A DNA stretch of 63,956 nt, filler included, from Chiloscyllium plagiosum (Eukaryota): assembly GCF_004010195.1 (NCBI RefSeq). It is 3 parts of one record of this genome, joined end to end, with 100 filler letters (N's around TTAATTAATTAA, not from the genome) between each part and the next. Parts side by side here need not be neighbours in the genome. Positions count along the whole stretch, not along the records: positions 52,950 to 63,956 come from NC_057711.1; 2 more parts are not named here. One strand, written 5' to 3'. The position numbers and the translations under genes are program-made. The notes below the pieces were generated by a model. That model had not been told where the DNA came from. It was given only the letters and a program-made list of their open reading frames with translations, and ran no database searches. This document shows positions 63,395-63,956 of the stretch, one piece after another. Numbering within the stretch: position 1 is the first letter of the stretch; each line of letters begins with the position of its first letter.

Positions 63395-63556
63395 AGGCAG
63401 CACAGTGGCTTAGTGGTTAGCACCACTCTCATAGCACCAGGGACCTGGGTTCGATTCTAGCCTTGGGTGATGGTCTGTGTGGAGTTTGCAGGTTCTCTCT
63501 GTGACTGTGTCGCTTTCCTCCCACAGTCCAAAGAAGTGCAGGTAAGGTGGATTGGC
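63395..63556 (+). mobile_element. HE1 SINE, 3'-truncated
   Basis: Head and V-domain ending at aggtggattggc. Confidence 0.85.
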
Positions 63557-63956
63557 AGTCCTCAGCAAAGGACTCACCTTCATCCCCCTCCGCCCACGCA
63601 TCAATGAATTTAATACACGCCGTGACGTCGAACAATTCTTCCGCCGCCTCCGCCTCAGAGCTTACTTTCACAATCAGGATTCCCGCCCACCTTCCGAGGA
63701 CCCCTTCGCCCACCTCCAACACACTGCATCCACCTGGACACCCCGCGCTGGCCTATTACCTGCCCTCGACCTCTTCATTTCCAACTGCTGGCGGGACATT
63801 AAACGCCTCAACCTGTCTACCCTCCTCCGCCACTCTAACCTCTCATCCTCACAACGCGCAGCCCTCCAATCCCTCTGCTCCAATCCCAACCTCACCATCT
63901 AACCAGCAGATAAAGGGGGCGCAGTGGTAGTCTGGCGCACTGACCTCTACATCGCT
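63557..63956 (+). mobile_element. PLE family A ORF N-terminal part, young, runs off the window
   Basis: VLSKGLTFIP...FFRRLRLRAYF...NPNLTI*PADKGGAVVVW; one stop. Confidence 0.92.

Overview
Eukaryotic, repeat-rich vertebrate DNA. The HE1/V-SINE, CR1(HER1)-type LINE and Deu-SINE content points to an elasmobranch (shark; inference). The window is not contiguous: two artificial N44-TTAATTAATTAA-N44 linkers (25921-26020, 52850-52949) join three separate scaffolds (1-25920, 26021-52849, 52950-63956). The only recognisable host gene is the 3' half of slc1a1 (EAAT3/EAAC1 glutamate transporter): six + strand exons from 27514 to 37720 with canonical GT-AG sites, an intact spliced frame and the -TSQF end. 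The rest is mostly decayed retroelements: CR1 LINEs, a second CR1/L2-group LINE with a tRNA-like head, HE1 SINEs, a Gypsy integrase relic and many Penelope-like elements (PLEs). The most striking hidden pattern is about 20 intact or decayed minimal hammerhead-ribozyme motifs (CTGANGA-hairpin-GAAAC-GTH) from three PLE families. They sit in TSD-flanked fold-back and mini elements, and two PLEs have inserted directly into another PLE's hammerhead. Also notable: perfect locally templated inverted duplications (51 bp and 79 bp) around the last slc1a1 exon, a triplicated splice donor, and an inverted SINE-plus-flank duplicate.
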